Positions 27,040 to 39,196 of a stretch of 64,000 nucleotides of DNA are shown here, piece after piece (within the stretch, counting starts at the first letter, position 1; the number at the start of each line of letters is the position of its first letter). The translations under genes and the position numbers were made by a program. Source of the stretch: Mustelus asterias (taxonomy: Eukaryota); the NCBI RefSeq assembly GCF_964213995.1, contig NW_027590274.1:62001-126000 (forward strand). The letters are read 5' to 3'. The notes beneath the pieces were generated by a model. It searched no databases. It was not told the DNA's origin and was given only the letters and a program-made list of their open reading frames with translations.

Positions 27040-27260
27040 TCTGTTCTCCGCATGTCTGCTGGGTTTCCTCGGGTGCTGTGGTTTCCTCCAACAGACCAAA
27101 GATGTGCGGATTAGGTGGATTGGCCATGATAAATTGACCCCTAGTGTCAGGGAGATTATGTGTGCGGTTACGGGAATAGGGCCTCGGTGGAATTGTGGTC
27201 GGTACAGATTCGCTGGGCCGAATGGCCTCCTTCTGTACTGTAGGGGTTCTATGATTCAAT
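27040..27260 (+). mobile_element. SINE 3' part with CR1-type tail
   Basis: GGGTTTCCTCGGGTGC core; GGGCCGAATGGCCTCCTTCTGTACTG tail. Confidence 0.8.
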
Positions 27261-27532
27261 GTTCTCTATAAGTGTCAGTCTTTTCAGGTTGCCGCGTGTG
27301 TCCCTGTTTCCAATATGCGGCTGTGCTGTCCACGGGAGAGTACTCTCTGATCACTTATGAAAGATCACAATCCCTTTCTAAAGGAAGCGTCTGTTTGAAG
27401 ATGTAAAGATGGGCGGAGAGATGGAGTCACTTTGGACCTCATAACATCCCCCTGACTGTTTCAACATCTCCAATTGCAGATCAGATTCAGACAGTGATCA
27501 GTCTCTCTGTTTCTGCTGTTCAGACTCGAACC

Positions 27533-28004
27533 ATGGGGGTGAAACTCTGTCTCACTCTGGTTATTGTCCTGATTACAGGTCTGTCATTTTGAACTTCTGC
27601 GTGAAATCTGCCAGTCACCACATTCATTCCCCATTTCCATCTGGAGGGGATTATTCCATTGTTGTTACTCCTTCTAACCCACTGCGTGTCTGTTATCTAT
27701 TTTCAGACATGAGTAACGGTGACTCAGTGTCCCAGTCAGGACCAGGTGTTGAAGCAGCAGAGGGTGAAGATTCAGCAATACCCTGCAGTTACTCGGGACA
27801 GAGTTTAACTGTACAACATTACTGTTCTGGTATCGCCAGTATACACACCGAGCTCCTCATTGACTGCTCAGAGCCGCGAATGTACGGGTCTCAAGGTTTT
27901 TTACATTGCAGCGGGAATCTCAACCTGAAACAAAGCACTTTTCACTTGCCCATGAAAGATTTGAAGGTGACAGACAACACCGAGAATTACTGTGCACTGA
28001 GAGC
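27533..28004 (+). pseudogene. TCR alpha/delta V segment; leader 27533-27578, V exon 27707-28004; WYRQ motif out of frame
   Basis: Leader MGVKLCLTLVIVLIT with GT-AG intron; GDSVSQ..PCSY..DNTENYCALR; TGG TAT CGC CAG lies in a shifted frame. Confidence 0.88.
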
Positions 28005-28043
28005 CACAGTGAATGAGGCTCCCGCGGGCCTCATACAAAATCT
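28005..28043 (+). other. 23-RSS
   Basis: CACAGTG + 23 nt + ACAAAATCT. Confidence 0.92.
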
Positions 28044-28575
28044 GGCACAGGTCGATAATCAATGATTCATTGTCAGGACAACACATGGGGTTAAAAATCA
28101 GCGAAAATTTACTCATAGTGAACCTGACAATACAGTCCCGTCTAATTGTTTTCCCTCACTGAGGTTACTGATTGTCACTGTTGGGAAGTTTGACATGTTT
28201 TTACTCATATTACTATCACATCAAGTCCAATCGCTCCCCGATCCTTTCACACAAACCCACAGATCTCCCAGGTGAACCATGTCATCAGACAGACCACACC
28301 TTTCAAAAGTGATCAAGTTTCAAAGGCAGACTCAGAGTTGTCACATGTTGAAGTTGCTGGTTAAAATTATTGACTGTAACATGTGTACTTTATAAACAAA
28401 AACCCCCAGTTGCAAACAGTCGAAGTAACAATATTGGACGGATATTTTGCTGGAACTTAAAGTCCACAAATGCTGATGCGGTAAGTTATTTAATCAATTT
28501 CGGCTTTCACTCGAGGTGTCAGAACTGCTTTGTAGAAAGTTAAACAATTTTTATTTTGCTAGCTACTAACGTGCA

Positions 28576-28665
28576 GGCTCGTTGGTCTAGGGGTATGATT
28601 CTCGCTTAGGGTACCTCGCCCCATTAGCATGCGAGAGGTCCCGGGTTCAAATCCCGGACGAGCCC
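28576..28665 (+). tRNA. tRNA-Pro-AGG: tRNA-Pro(AGG) with an 18-nt intron (28612-28629) at position 37/38
   Basis: Exons match the canonical vertebrate Pro-AGG sequence; TTTT terminator 2 nt downstream. Confidence 0.93.
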
Positions 28666-28959
28666 CGTTTTGACCGAAATATTGTGTTCGAAAGGAGATA
28701 TTTTGATTTATTTCAGGTGCAAACGGCGGGATGGCTTTCTGCTGACTGGCTCCGAAAAAGAGTAATAAAGGCACAGAATTTTACAGCACGGATAGAGCCC
28801 ACTGGGACACCCACATGGCAGGCGCGGACACCCATCATGTCTGCGCCTGCCACGTGACAGCTGGACGGGAAGCGTTAGTTCTGATTCTCGCTCCACAGGT
28901 ACTTCCAGAAATACTGACATAACCCAGTATTTTCTGTTTTTATTTCAGATTTTGAAAGA

Positions 28960-29605
28960 CCGCAGTGTGCTGCATTATATTAGACTTTGGGCTGACAAGT
29001 GGCAAGTAACATTCGCGCCACACAAATGCCAGACAATGTCCATCACCAATAAGAGAAAATCTAACCACCACCTCTTGACAGTCAATAGTTTTTCCATCAC
29101 TGAATCCCCCAAGGTTAACATCCATACGGTTACCATTGACCAGATACTCAATTGGACTCGGCACATAAACACAATGGCTACAAGAGCAGGTCAGAGGCCA
29201 GGAATACTGCGGCGAATAACTCACCTCCTGACTCCCCAGAGTCTGTCCACCATCTACAAGGCACAGGTCAGGAGCGTGATGGAATATTCCCACCTCGCCT
29301 GGATGGGTGCAGCTCCAACAACACACAAGAAGATTGACATTATCCAGGACAAAGCAGCCCGCTTGACTGGCACCACATCCACAAGCATTCAATCCCACCA
29401 CAGCCGATGCTCAGTAGCAGCGATGTGCATCTAAAAGACACACAGTAGAAATTCACCAAAGATCCTTAGACAGCACCTTCGAAATCCATGACCACTTCCA
29501 TCCAGAAGGAAAAGGGTAGTAGACACATGGGAACATCACCACCTGCAAGTTCTCCTCCAAGTCACTCACCATCCTGACTTGGAATTATATTGCCATTCCT
29601 TCGCA
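28960..29605 (+). mobile_element. L2/CR1-group LINE 3' fragment
   Basis: WADKWQVTFAPHKCQ..IYKAQVRSVMEY RT C-terminus; a related 3' end lies in reverse at about 32010-32240. Confidence 0.8.
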
Positions 29606-29694
29606 TGGCCTCATTCTGTGGTGTACTCATTTTCTGATTTAGTGCGTACTTCACCCTGAGGCCGTGATCCGCAAAGTATTTTCTCATTTCTCAT

Positions 29695-30452
29695 TTCTGT
29701 CATCTCTCCCTCAATGTCAATAAAACGGAGATTGTCATTGACTTCAGAAAGCGTAGAGGAGAACATGCCCCTGTCTCCATCAAAGGGAACGAAGTGGAAA
29801 GGGTCGAGAGCTTCAGGTTTTTAGGTCTCCAGAGCACCAACAACCTGTCCTGGCCTCCCATGCCGTCACTATAGTGAAGAAAGCCCATCAACGCCTCTAC
29901 TTTCTTAGAAGACTTAGGAAATTTGGCATGTCAGCAACGACTGTCAGCAAGGTTTGCAGGTGCACCATAGAAAACATTATTTCTAGTTGTATCACAGCTT
30001 GGTATGGCTCCTGCTCTGCCCAAGACCGCAATAAACTACAAAGGGTCGTGAATGTAGCCCAATCCATCACTCAAACCAGCCTCCCATCCAGTGATTCTGT
30101 CTACGCTTCCTGCTGCCTCGGCAAAGCAGCCAGCATAGTTAAGGACCCCACGCACCCCGGACATTCTCTCTTCCATCTTCCTCCTTCGAGAGAAAGATAC
30201 AGAAGTCTGAGGTCACGTGCTAGCCGACTGAAGAACAGCTTCTTCCCTGCAGCCATCATACTTTTGAATGGACATTACCTTGCATTAAGTTGATCTTTCT
30301 CTAGACCCTGACAGTGACTGTAATACCACATTCTGCACTGTCCCGTTTCCTTCTCTATGAACAGTACACGTTGTCTGTATAGCGCGCAAGAAAAAATGCT
30401 TTTCACTGTATACTAATACATGTGACAATAATAAGTAAAACCAAATCAAATC
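29695..30452 (+). mobile_element. Rex1/Babar-like LINE 3' fragment
   Basis: LNVNKTEIVIDFRK, KKAHQRLYFLRRLRKF, ITAWYG, HPGHSLF, LKNSFFP; (AAATC)n tail. Confidence 0.85.
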
Positions 30453-30715
30453 GTTTCATTTCTCCTGACTTCCAGCCTATTCCTGTTGTTAAATTTCCTC
30501 CCTCCTGAGTTTCAGTCGTTTCAAATTCCCACATTTTTCACCTTTTCCTGTTGTAATGAAAGGCCATGGACGGAAAAGATGAGCGTTGTTTCCCTGTCCA
30601 CAAATTCTGCCTGAATTCCTAAGTTTCTGCAGCATCTTCCGCCTTCGCTGCAGTTATCTGATCGGTTTTGACTGACCAAGAGAGCATCTTTTCTTTCAAT
30701 CAGTGGCTGCTTATA

Positions 30716-30796
30716 GGCTCCTTGGTGTAGGGGTATGAATCGCATTTTGGTATGCCTTAACCACCGAGATCCCGAGTTGAAATCCGAGACTAGCCC
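30716..30796 (+). pseudogene. degenerate tRNA-Pro, 81 nt, with extra sequence after the anticodon region
   Basis: GGCTCCTTGGTGTAGGGGTATGA..ATCCCGAGTTGAAATCCGAGACTAGCCC. Confidence 0.7.
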
Positions 30797-31144
30797 TACT
30801 GTTTCTTCTTATCCCTGTTACATCAAAACATCGAAACCAGGAGTAGGTCATTGGAACATCATCTCCCATTCATTGTTGTCATGCCTGATAATCAAATTCA
30901 ATACCCTGATCCACCATTTAGCCCCAAGAGCTATATTAAACTTCTCTTGAAATCATAGTGTTTGGCCTCAACTACTTTCTGTGGGAGTGAACTCTGCAAA
31001 TTCACCACCCTCTGGCTGAAGGAAGTCTCATCATCTCAGCCGTTATCCTCAAACTATAATCCCCAGCCCTGGACTCCCCACTAACGAGAACATTCTTTCT
31101 GAATCTACCCTGTTTCATCCGGTCAGAATGTTATAAGGTTCCAT

Positions 31145-31465
31145 TAGAATCATAGAATCCCTGCAGTACAGAACGAGGCCAATTCGGCCCATCAAGTCTG
31201 TACGGACAACAATCCCATCCAGGCCCCACTCCTGTAACTCCATGCATTCACCCTGCTACTCCCCCTGACACGAGGGCCAATTTAACACGGCCAATCAACA
31301 TTAGCCGCACATCTTTGAACAATGGGAGGAAAGCGGAACACCCGGAGGAAACCCATGCAGATACGGGGAGAATGTGCAAACTCCACACACACAGTGACCC
31401 GATGCCAGATTTGACCTCGGACTCTGGCGTTTTGACGCAGCAGTGCTAACCAATGTGCCACCCAA
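31145..31465 (-). mobile_element. HE1-like SINE
   Basis: Reverse complement of head, core and CR1-type tail. Confidence 0.85.
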
Positions 31466-31549
31466 AACATATCTGCCCAGAAATAGCCAGGATAAGTTGG
31501 CAAGAAATGCATTTGCCAATGTTGGACACCTAAGTGTTAAAATAAGCCG

Positions 31550-31623
31550 CATCCCAGAAGGGACGCGAACACACGCTCACTTGGTTTAGGAAGCCAGTGC
31601 CTTACGCATTAGGTCACTAGAGC
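31550..31623 (-). pseudogene. tRNA-Arg(CCT) pseudogene
   Basis: GCTCTAGTGACCTAATGCGTAAGGCACTGGCTTCCTAAACCA..GTTCGCGTCCCTTCTGGG resembles the Arg-CCT consensus. Confidence 0.75.
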
Positions 31624-32429
31624 TATAGGTGAGCTACTGCTGCAGCTTGAAGAAGCTGTATATCTCCATCCACATAGACAGTGACTAACCCCAGAATCGA
31701 AACCAGGTCCCTGGTATTGTGAGCCAGCAGAACTAACCACTGTGCCGCTCTCTCCCACGAAGATTTTATCAGATTTCATGAGCTGCAGATTTTGTTTCTT
31801 TCTTTGCATTGCTGACTTTGGGATTGGTTCACATGGGGTTTCGTTTGAGAATCTGAGCACAAACTGTGAGAAATATATCAACACAACACAATCGCTCGAA
31901 AATAAAGATATGATCAACAGGGTTGGCTATGTAACTTGACGTTCATTTTATCTCCATTCACCTCGTCAGCTGGCCCCATGATTATCGGTTCAGTGAGCTG
32001 CCTTGATGTTTCTTTTTGTTCGTGTGGGTGTCGCTGGCTAGATCAGCATGCGCTGCCCATCAGTATTTACCCTTGAGAAAGTAGTGGTGAGCTGCATTCT
32101 TGAAACGTTGCATCCATTTGTACAGGTACACTTACAGTGCTGTTAGGGAGGGAATTCCACGGATTTGTCCCAATGACAGTGAAGGAACGGCGATATATTT
32201 CCAAATCAGAATGCTGAGGGACTTGAGGGTGGTGTTGGCTGTGTGGCTTTGGAGGGGGGGGGGGAGGGCGTGGGGGGGGGGGGGTGGGGGGGCGGTGGGA
32301 GGGGGGTGGGGGGTGGGGCGGGGTGGTGGTGGCGGGAGCTGCCGGGTGGAAGCGGTCATGGGTTTGGAAGATGCTGTCTAAAGTGCCTTTGGTGGATTCC
32401 TGCATCATGCAGACAAGTGGAGAGAGACT

Positions 32430-34153
32430 AAATGATTTTCTTTTGCATCCGTATTTACGGAAGAAACGGGCATGGAGTCTACGGAAATACGGCAAACAGG
32501 TAGGGAGGTCATGGAACCTTTCCAGATTAAAGGGGAAGAGGTGCTCGCTGTCTTGAGGCAAATCAGAGTGGATAAATCCCCAGGACCAGACAGGGCATTC
32601 CCACGGACCTTGAGGGAAGCTAATGTTGAACTTGCAGGGGTCCTGGCAGACATATTTAAAATGTCAGTATTCACGGGGGAGGTGCCGGATGATTGGAGGG
32701 TGGCTCATGTTGTTCCGTTGTTTAGAAAAGGTTCCAAAAGGAATCCTGGAAATTATAGGCCAGGAAGTTTGACATCGGTGGTGGGCAGGTTATTGGAAGG
32801 TGTGATAAGGGATAGGATCTACAAATATTTGGATAGACAGGGACTTATTAGGGAGAGTCAACATGGCTTTGTGCGTGGTAGGTCATGTTTGACCAATCTA
32901 TTAGAGTTTTTCGAGGAGGTTACCAGGAAAGTGGATGAAGGGAAGGCGGTGGATGTTGTCTACCTGGATTTCAGCAAGGCCTTTGACAAGGTCCCGCATC
33001 GGAGGTTCGTTAGGAAGGTTCAGTCGCTAGGTATACATGGGGAGGTAGTAAATTGGATTAGACACTGGCTCAATTGAAGAAGCCAGAGAGTGGTTGTGGA
33101 GGACTGCTTCTCTGAGTGGAGGCCTGTGACTAGTGGTGTGCCGCGGGGATCGGTGTTGGGTCCATTGTTGTTTGTCATCTATATGAATGATCTGGATGAT
33201 AATGTGGTAAATTGGATCAGCAAATTTGCTGATGATACAAAGATTGGAGGTGTAGTGGACAGTGAGGAAGGTTTTCAAAGCCTGCGGAGGGATTTGGACC
33301 AACTAGAAAAATGGGCTGAAAAATGGCAAATGGAATTTAACGCAGACAAGTGTGAGATATTGCACATTGGAAGACAAGCCAAAGTAGAACGTACAGGGTA
33401 AATGGCGGGACTCTGAAGAGTGCAGTTGAACAGAGGGATCTGGGAATACAGGTACAGAATTCCCTAAAAGTGACGTCACAAGTGGGTAGGGTCGTAAAGA
33501 GTGCCTTTGGTACATTGGCCTTTATAAATCGGAGTATCGAGTATAAAAGTTGGAGTGTTATGGTAAGGTTATATAAGGCATTGGTGAGGCCGAATTTGGA
33601 GTATTGTGTACAGTTTTGGTCACCTAGTTACAGGAAGGATGTAAATAAGGTTGAAAGAGTGCAGAGAAGGTTCACAAGGATGTTGCCGGGACTTGAGAAG
33701 CTGAGTTATAGAGAGAGATTGAATAGGTTGGGACTTTATTCCCTGGAGCGTAGAAGATTGAGGGGAGATTTGATAGAGGTGTATAAGATTTTGGTGGGTA
33801 TAGATAGAGTGAATGCAAGCAGGCTTTTTCCGCTGAGGCTGGGGAGAAAACAACCAGAGGACATGGGTTAAGGGTGAAAGGAGAAAAGTTTAAAGGGAAT
33901 ATTAGGGTGGGCTTCTTCGCGCAGAGAGTGGTGGGAGTGTGGAATGAGCTGCCGGATAAAGTGGTAAATGCGGGGTCACTTTTAACATTTAAGAAAAACT
34001 TGGACGGGTTCATGGATGAGAGGGTGTGGAGGGATATGGTCCAAGTGCAGGTCAGTGGGACTAGGCAAAAAATGGTTCGGCACAGACAAGAAGGGCCAAA
34101 AGGCCTGTTTCTGAACTGTAAGTTTCTGTGGTTTTCTATGGTTTTCTATGGTT
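32430..34153 (+). mobile_element. CR1 LINE, 5'-truncated, with stops and frameshifts
   Basis: RT motifs across ORFs 32472-34299; (GTTTTCTATG)n tail ends about 60 bp from the RSS nonamer at 34212. Confidence 0.93.
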
Positions 34154-34211
34154 CAGACTCACTCTGGTCACAATGTTTGCCTAACGCTCTGCTATTTTGT
34201 GAGGCTCTGAC

Positions 34212-34250
34212 AGTTTTTGTACAGGTTCAGCCCAGTTCTGTTTCTCTGTG
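34212..34250 (-). other. 23-RSS with variant heptamer
   Basis: CACAGAG + 23 nt + ACAAAAACT. Confidence 0.88.
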
Positions 34251-34723
34251 GGTCTCAATGCGCAATAACACACGCCAGAGTCTGCCAGCTCCGTTTTAGA
34301 CACTTTCAGCGGGACGGTGCGGGTTGTGCAATTGAGCTCCGCTAAAAAACGGTCCTCTGGGAATCTCTCTGTGTTCTCGCTAACTCTATGTCTCGTCAGC
34401 AGGAACTCCATGGTCCCGCTGGGATACTGACGGTACCAGAATAAGTAAGGGGTGTTGCTTGTAGCTGTATAATCACAGAGCAACTGAACATCATCTCCTT
34501 CAGTGACGGTGACTGCAGCCGCTGTTTGTGAAACAGAATCTCCTCCACAGTGTCCTGGAAGAACGCAAAGAAATATTGAACTAAATGCGGCTTCGCATTA
34601 AACATCACATACCCCCCTTCCCCCCAACACCTCCCTCTCCCCCCCCCCCCCCGCCACTCCCCAGAATCTGCTGTCATCTTGAACAATAATCTCAGAGATA
34701 AATCACACAGCAGAACAGAAGCA
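34251..34723 (-). pseudogene. TCR alpha/delta V segment; V exon (34554-34251) open, leader defective
   Basis: GDSVSQTAAAVTVTEGDDVQLLCDY..LFWYRQYP..LADSGVCYCALR; the putative leader MLLFCCVIYL ends in TGA and the donor reads AT. Confidence 0.85.
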
Positions 34724-36149
34724 TATATTTTTCACAGTTCAGTGGCTGGAAAGGGAAGGTGCTTGTGGCGATTAAATAACATTTACACTATAAACACCGT
34801 ACGTTCTAACGAGATCAGTTCAATGTCTTCAGTTCATGTAACTGGAAACTGCTCACGGACTGTCTGTTTGAAGTTTGATGTTTGCCAAAGTTATTCGCTG
34901 ATATCAGAGGAGCTTGAATCCCAGCCCAAACTATTCTCCCTCGTTCCCTCGGGGAAATGTGACTAATCCCAACAGTGTTCAGCGTTGAGGCCAGCGAGAA
35001 CGGGATAACGTTTCCATGTTGAGATCAATAAATTCCCTGATCATCTACCCCTACCCATAGAACCATACAACCATAGAAAATTACAGCTCAGAAACAGGCC
35101 TTTTGGCCCTTCTTGTCTGTGCCGAACCATTTTATGCCTATATTGAGCGAACCGCTCAACCTATGTTGAGGCTCTATGTCTTCTTGGAGGAGATCTCCAA
35201 AACATCCAATTATCCCCGTAGCTCCGTGAAATCTCTATTTAACTAACGTTGCTCTCAAGAGTACAGTCCGGTCTCTATCACCTCACCACAAAACTGAATT
35301 TCCTCATCTCTGGACATGATGCAAGGCGGATGATTGAGCAGAGATTTTGGAAAATATTGTCAGTTGGCAGTTGGGGAAAATGGAGAAGGAAGCAAACAAG
35401 AAAACACTGTCTCCAGCTTTGCGAATCTTTAGAAACTCTTTGGGAACCGGAACCAGAGGAGATTGAAGGGTGAACTGTCTGACAGTTGTGGGAGAGTTGG
35501 TTCCCGGTGACATGGATGTGTCTGCAATGGATGGGCTCTGACTGTTAGACTTAACTAACCCATTAGAAATCCATTCAATTATTCCATTCTCTCAAACTCA
35601 TTAATTATTCTCTCTTTCTCCGTTACACGGTGAGTGAGACAGGGAAAAGCAGCAATCTTCCAGCCCCCACTCTCCAAACATCCCCTGCCAGCAAAAAGGA
35701 CTGACGACTTAGCTGTGTCTGTTTTCTATGAAATGGTGAAGAGTAAATATTAAATATTTCGATTGATACCCAATTGAGTTCACATTTCACAATAAACTTC
35801 AATTCGGAAACTTCAGAGCAGTGAGTTTTGACAACATTTCTGCCCCGTTTAGCGCCTGGGACCTGCGCAAATATGAATAGAATGTGATTATCCCTTCAAT
35901 ACACAAAGTCCGCTCAGGATAAAAGCGACTTGATGGTCAAACTGTACAGTCTGAGTTAACTTTATAACCTGATTTGTGGAAGTACAATTCGGCTAAAAAC
36001 CATTTTTCATGCGGCAGAGAAATTCATCTAACATTAGAATCAGTAAATGACATTTGTGCCATTTCTTTTCTCTTTTACCATGTCTGGGTGGCCGGGGGTG
36101 GGGGGGGGGAGGTGGCGGTAGGGGGGGCGTGGGGGCGGTAGGGTGGTTG

Positions 36150-36420
36150 CACTGTGGCACAGTAGTTAACACTGCCATCTCACAGTGCTAAAGATCGATT
36201 CCCGGTTTGGGTCTCTGTCTATTTGACGTTTGCACTTTCTCCCCGTGTTTGCATGAGTTTCCTTTGGATCCTCCGGTTTCTTCTCACAGCCGGAAAGACG
36301 CGCTGGTTCGGTGCATTGACCCGAACAGCCGTCGGAGTTTGGCGACCAGAGAATTTGACAGTGTCTTCGTTACAGTGTTAATGTAAGCCTTACATGTGAC
36401 TAATAAATAAACTTTATTTT
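36150..36420 (+). mobile_element. SINE with ..CATGTGACTAATAAATAAACTTT tail
   Basis: Same head and core as the other SINEs, different 3' end. Confidence 0.8.
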
Positions 36421-37270
36421 AACTGAGCATTTTGCAGAATAACGTTTCACACTTGGGAAGTGCAACTGCAGTTAGGCTGAGAGATAATGTTTTCTTTCAA
36501 TATTTAACAACAAAAGAAAATGAGGTAACTTTTCCTCACACTGAGAGATGAGTTAGTTCGTTTCCTATTTCACACAGGAAACCTTTCATATGTTAAGTGA
36601 ATGTATAAAACACCACACTTCAGAAACTCTGAAGTACAATCAAATTGCACGGTTCGACACCCCAGTCTGTTGCAGAGTTGGAGAGCATCGTTTCTGTCTG
36701 TAATAATTATCACATTCATCTAAACACACGAAAGATTCCCGATTCGAAAACGGGAGGAAACATTTTTAGATACGTTTCACCTCGGAGTGAGGAAAATAGA
36801 AATAATTCACGTTTATTGCTGAATATTAGCTGAATACAGTAACTTACACGATGTTACATTTCGCCTTCCCCTCCACATTTCTGTACACACTCAAACCCGA
36901 CAGAATATCTTTAACTGGCTCCCGTTTCCAGCTCTGTCAGTTCAGAAAGCTTCTCTCAAACTTGCACATTCGGGCTTTTCTTTCGGTCATTTGTGAAACA
37001 CTGGCGTCGCTGGCCAGCATTTAATGCCCATCCCGAGTTGAGTTGCAAGCATATTGCTGTGGCTCTGGAGTCACAAGTAGGCCAGATAATAACAGCAGAT
37101 TTCCTTCCTAAAATACATGAGTGAAGCATATGGCTTCCTCCAACAGTCGGAAATTGTTTCATGGTCATCAATGCGAGGTTTTATTTATTGAATTCAAATT
37201 CCACTACCGACCGTAACCGTCCCCAAAATGGGAGCTGGTCAAGCGATAGTAGCACCAACACCATCTCACG

Positions 37271-37365
37271 TGCTCTAGGTGAGGCTCGAACTCACAACCT
37301 CGGCATGGCCCACGGGCTGTACTGCTGTATAAGTACCGCGCGCTAACCGATTGCGCCACTGGAGT
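37271..37365 (-). tRNA. tRNA-Ile-TAT: tRNA-Ile(TAT) with 21-nt intron (37307-37327); two acceptor-stem mismatches, possibly non-functional
   Basis: ACTCCAGTGGCGCAATCGGTTAGCGCGCGGTACTTATA[intron]ATGCCGAGGTTGTGAGTTCGAGCCTCACCTAGAGCA. Confidence 0.85.
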
Positions 37366-38308
37366 ACGGCTTTGGGCTGATTTTTGTCAGATTATTAAAG
37401 ACTTTTACAGCGTCACCTCCGTTAACAACAGTCATTCGAGGCAACATAGACGGGGAACAAACGCATCAATGATTCTCTCTTCACCAGCTCCACAGTAAGT
37501 GAGACAGGGACAAGCAGCAGCATTTTACCCCGCATTCTCCAATCATCCATCCGCTGCCAGCAGAAAAGCGGCGACTGCCGCTTCAATTAGTGGGTTACCG
37601 CCCATCCCTGGGACACAAGATTCAACCCCGTTCAAAACTCGCAATACACCTAACACAAGTTCAGCAAAACGTTTACGGATTATATCCCGCGCACTGAACC
37701 TTCGAGTATCATTTAAACAGTATCTGAGTGAGTCACAAACAATATTCAAACCAACTTTCCAAAACGTTTCAGTAGTAGATTCCTCCATTTGATTGAAAAG
37801 CTGAGCGCTGTGAATCTGGAAATGAACACCATGGGGTTTATGTTACCCAGTGACTATGAGTCCGTCAGGTTTCCAATTCCATTTGAGTTGTATATTGAAG
37901 CGAATCTCATTTCAAAATGAGGAGAAAACAATGAAAATATTAACTCTTGGAACAAATCCTGAGGAAAATGGGTCACAATATTTGGATACAGGTACAGCTG
38001 TGAATGGTGTTATTGATGATTGAGTGGAAACTATTGGATCCTTGGGCTTCTGGTGGTCAGTTCCCTTCCCTCCCTTTGAATTGCTCCCTGTGATAAGAGA
38101 CATGGATTCATTTTACCTACACGTTCATAGGAAAAAGAGAATAACCAACACACTACAGAAATGCTGCGGGATCAACGTAACCAAAGATACTTGGATAGAA
38201 TTCTAAACGGTGCGGTCATGCTGCAGTTCTGGAACAGGTTTTGCAGAAAGAGAATTGTGGTTATTGACACCCTAGCTTAGAATATCGTCAGCAGCAGCTG
38301 CTGCCTTA

Positions 38309-38382
38309 GTCTCTGTGGCGCAATCGGTCAGCGCGTTCGGCTGTTAACTGGAAGGTTGGTGATTCGAGACCACCCAGGGACG
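38309..38382 (+). tRNA. tRNA-Asn-GTT: tRNA-Asn(GTT), several substitutions (possible pseudogene)
   Basis: GTCTCTGTGGCGCAATCGG..GGCTGTTAAC..CCACCCAGGGACG; T-stem G53 is altered; TTTT follows. Confidence 0.82.
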
Positions 38383-39196
38383 CTGATTTTACTGTTTTCT
38401 CACCATCTGCATTCATAGGCAAACAGTTGCGTGTTGGCAATGGGTCCGTGGTCGTCAATAAAAAATAGCTCTCAAGTGTTGCCAGTTGTACTGTTATCTG
38501 TTGTCACCAACATTATTTAATGACTATTGACTTCTGACATATTACATATAATATTATATACATGCTTCCATTGTACCATTAAGCTTAACAATTAGAATGG
38601 AAACATGAATTTGTGGCTGAGCATTTGTTCCAATTCCATATCCCTGCTACCATTCATTCCTGAATAGATCATAAACCTATCCAACCCGAACTGAAATGTG
38701 TTCAATGATGGAGCATCTACAACCCTCTGGCATAGAGAATTCCCCAAATTCACTATCCTTTAAGTGAAGAAATGTCTGCTCATCGCAGTCCTAAATCATC
38801 AGCGCCTTATCCTGAGATTGTACCCCCGTGCTTTAGATTCCCGGACCAGGGAAAATAATGTCTCAGCATCCACCCTATCAAACTCATAGAATGATAGAAT
38901 CCCTGCAGTTTTTCAATGCAATCTATTCCTTCTCGTTAAAGCTGTTGAGATTTTCCAGATTTTTCTGTTCTTGATTTAGATTCCAGCATCCTCAGATTTT
39001 GCTTTTATTTTGTCTGAAATGGGGAGATCCAAACTGAACACACTATTACAGATGTGGTCTCAACACAACCCTGAATAACTGTCGCAAGACTTCAAACACT
39101 TCAAATCTTAACTCCGTGCTCATGGCTGGAAGGAGAGTGTGACAGTCGATAATTGGCACTGTGTACGTTCCTGCAATCAGGAACTGGATCAGGAAG

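Noticed and set aside
35838-35910. Possible further tRNA-Val relic on the minus strand
   Set aside because: Too diverged to support by eye
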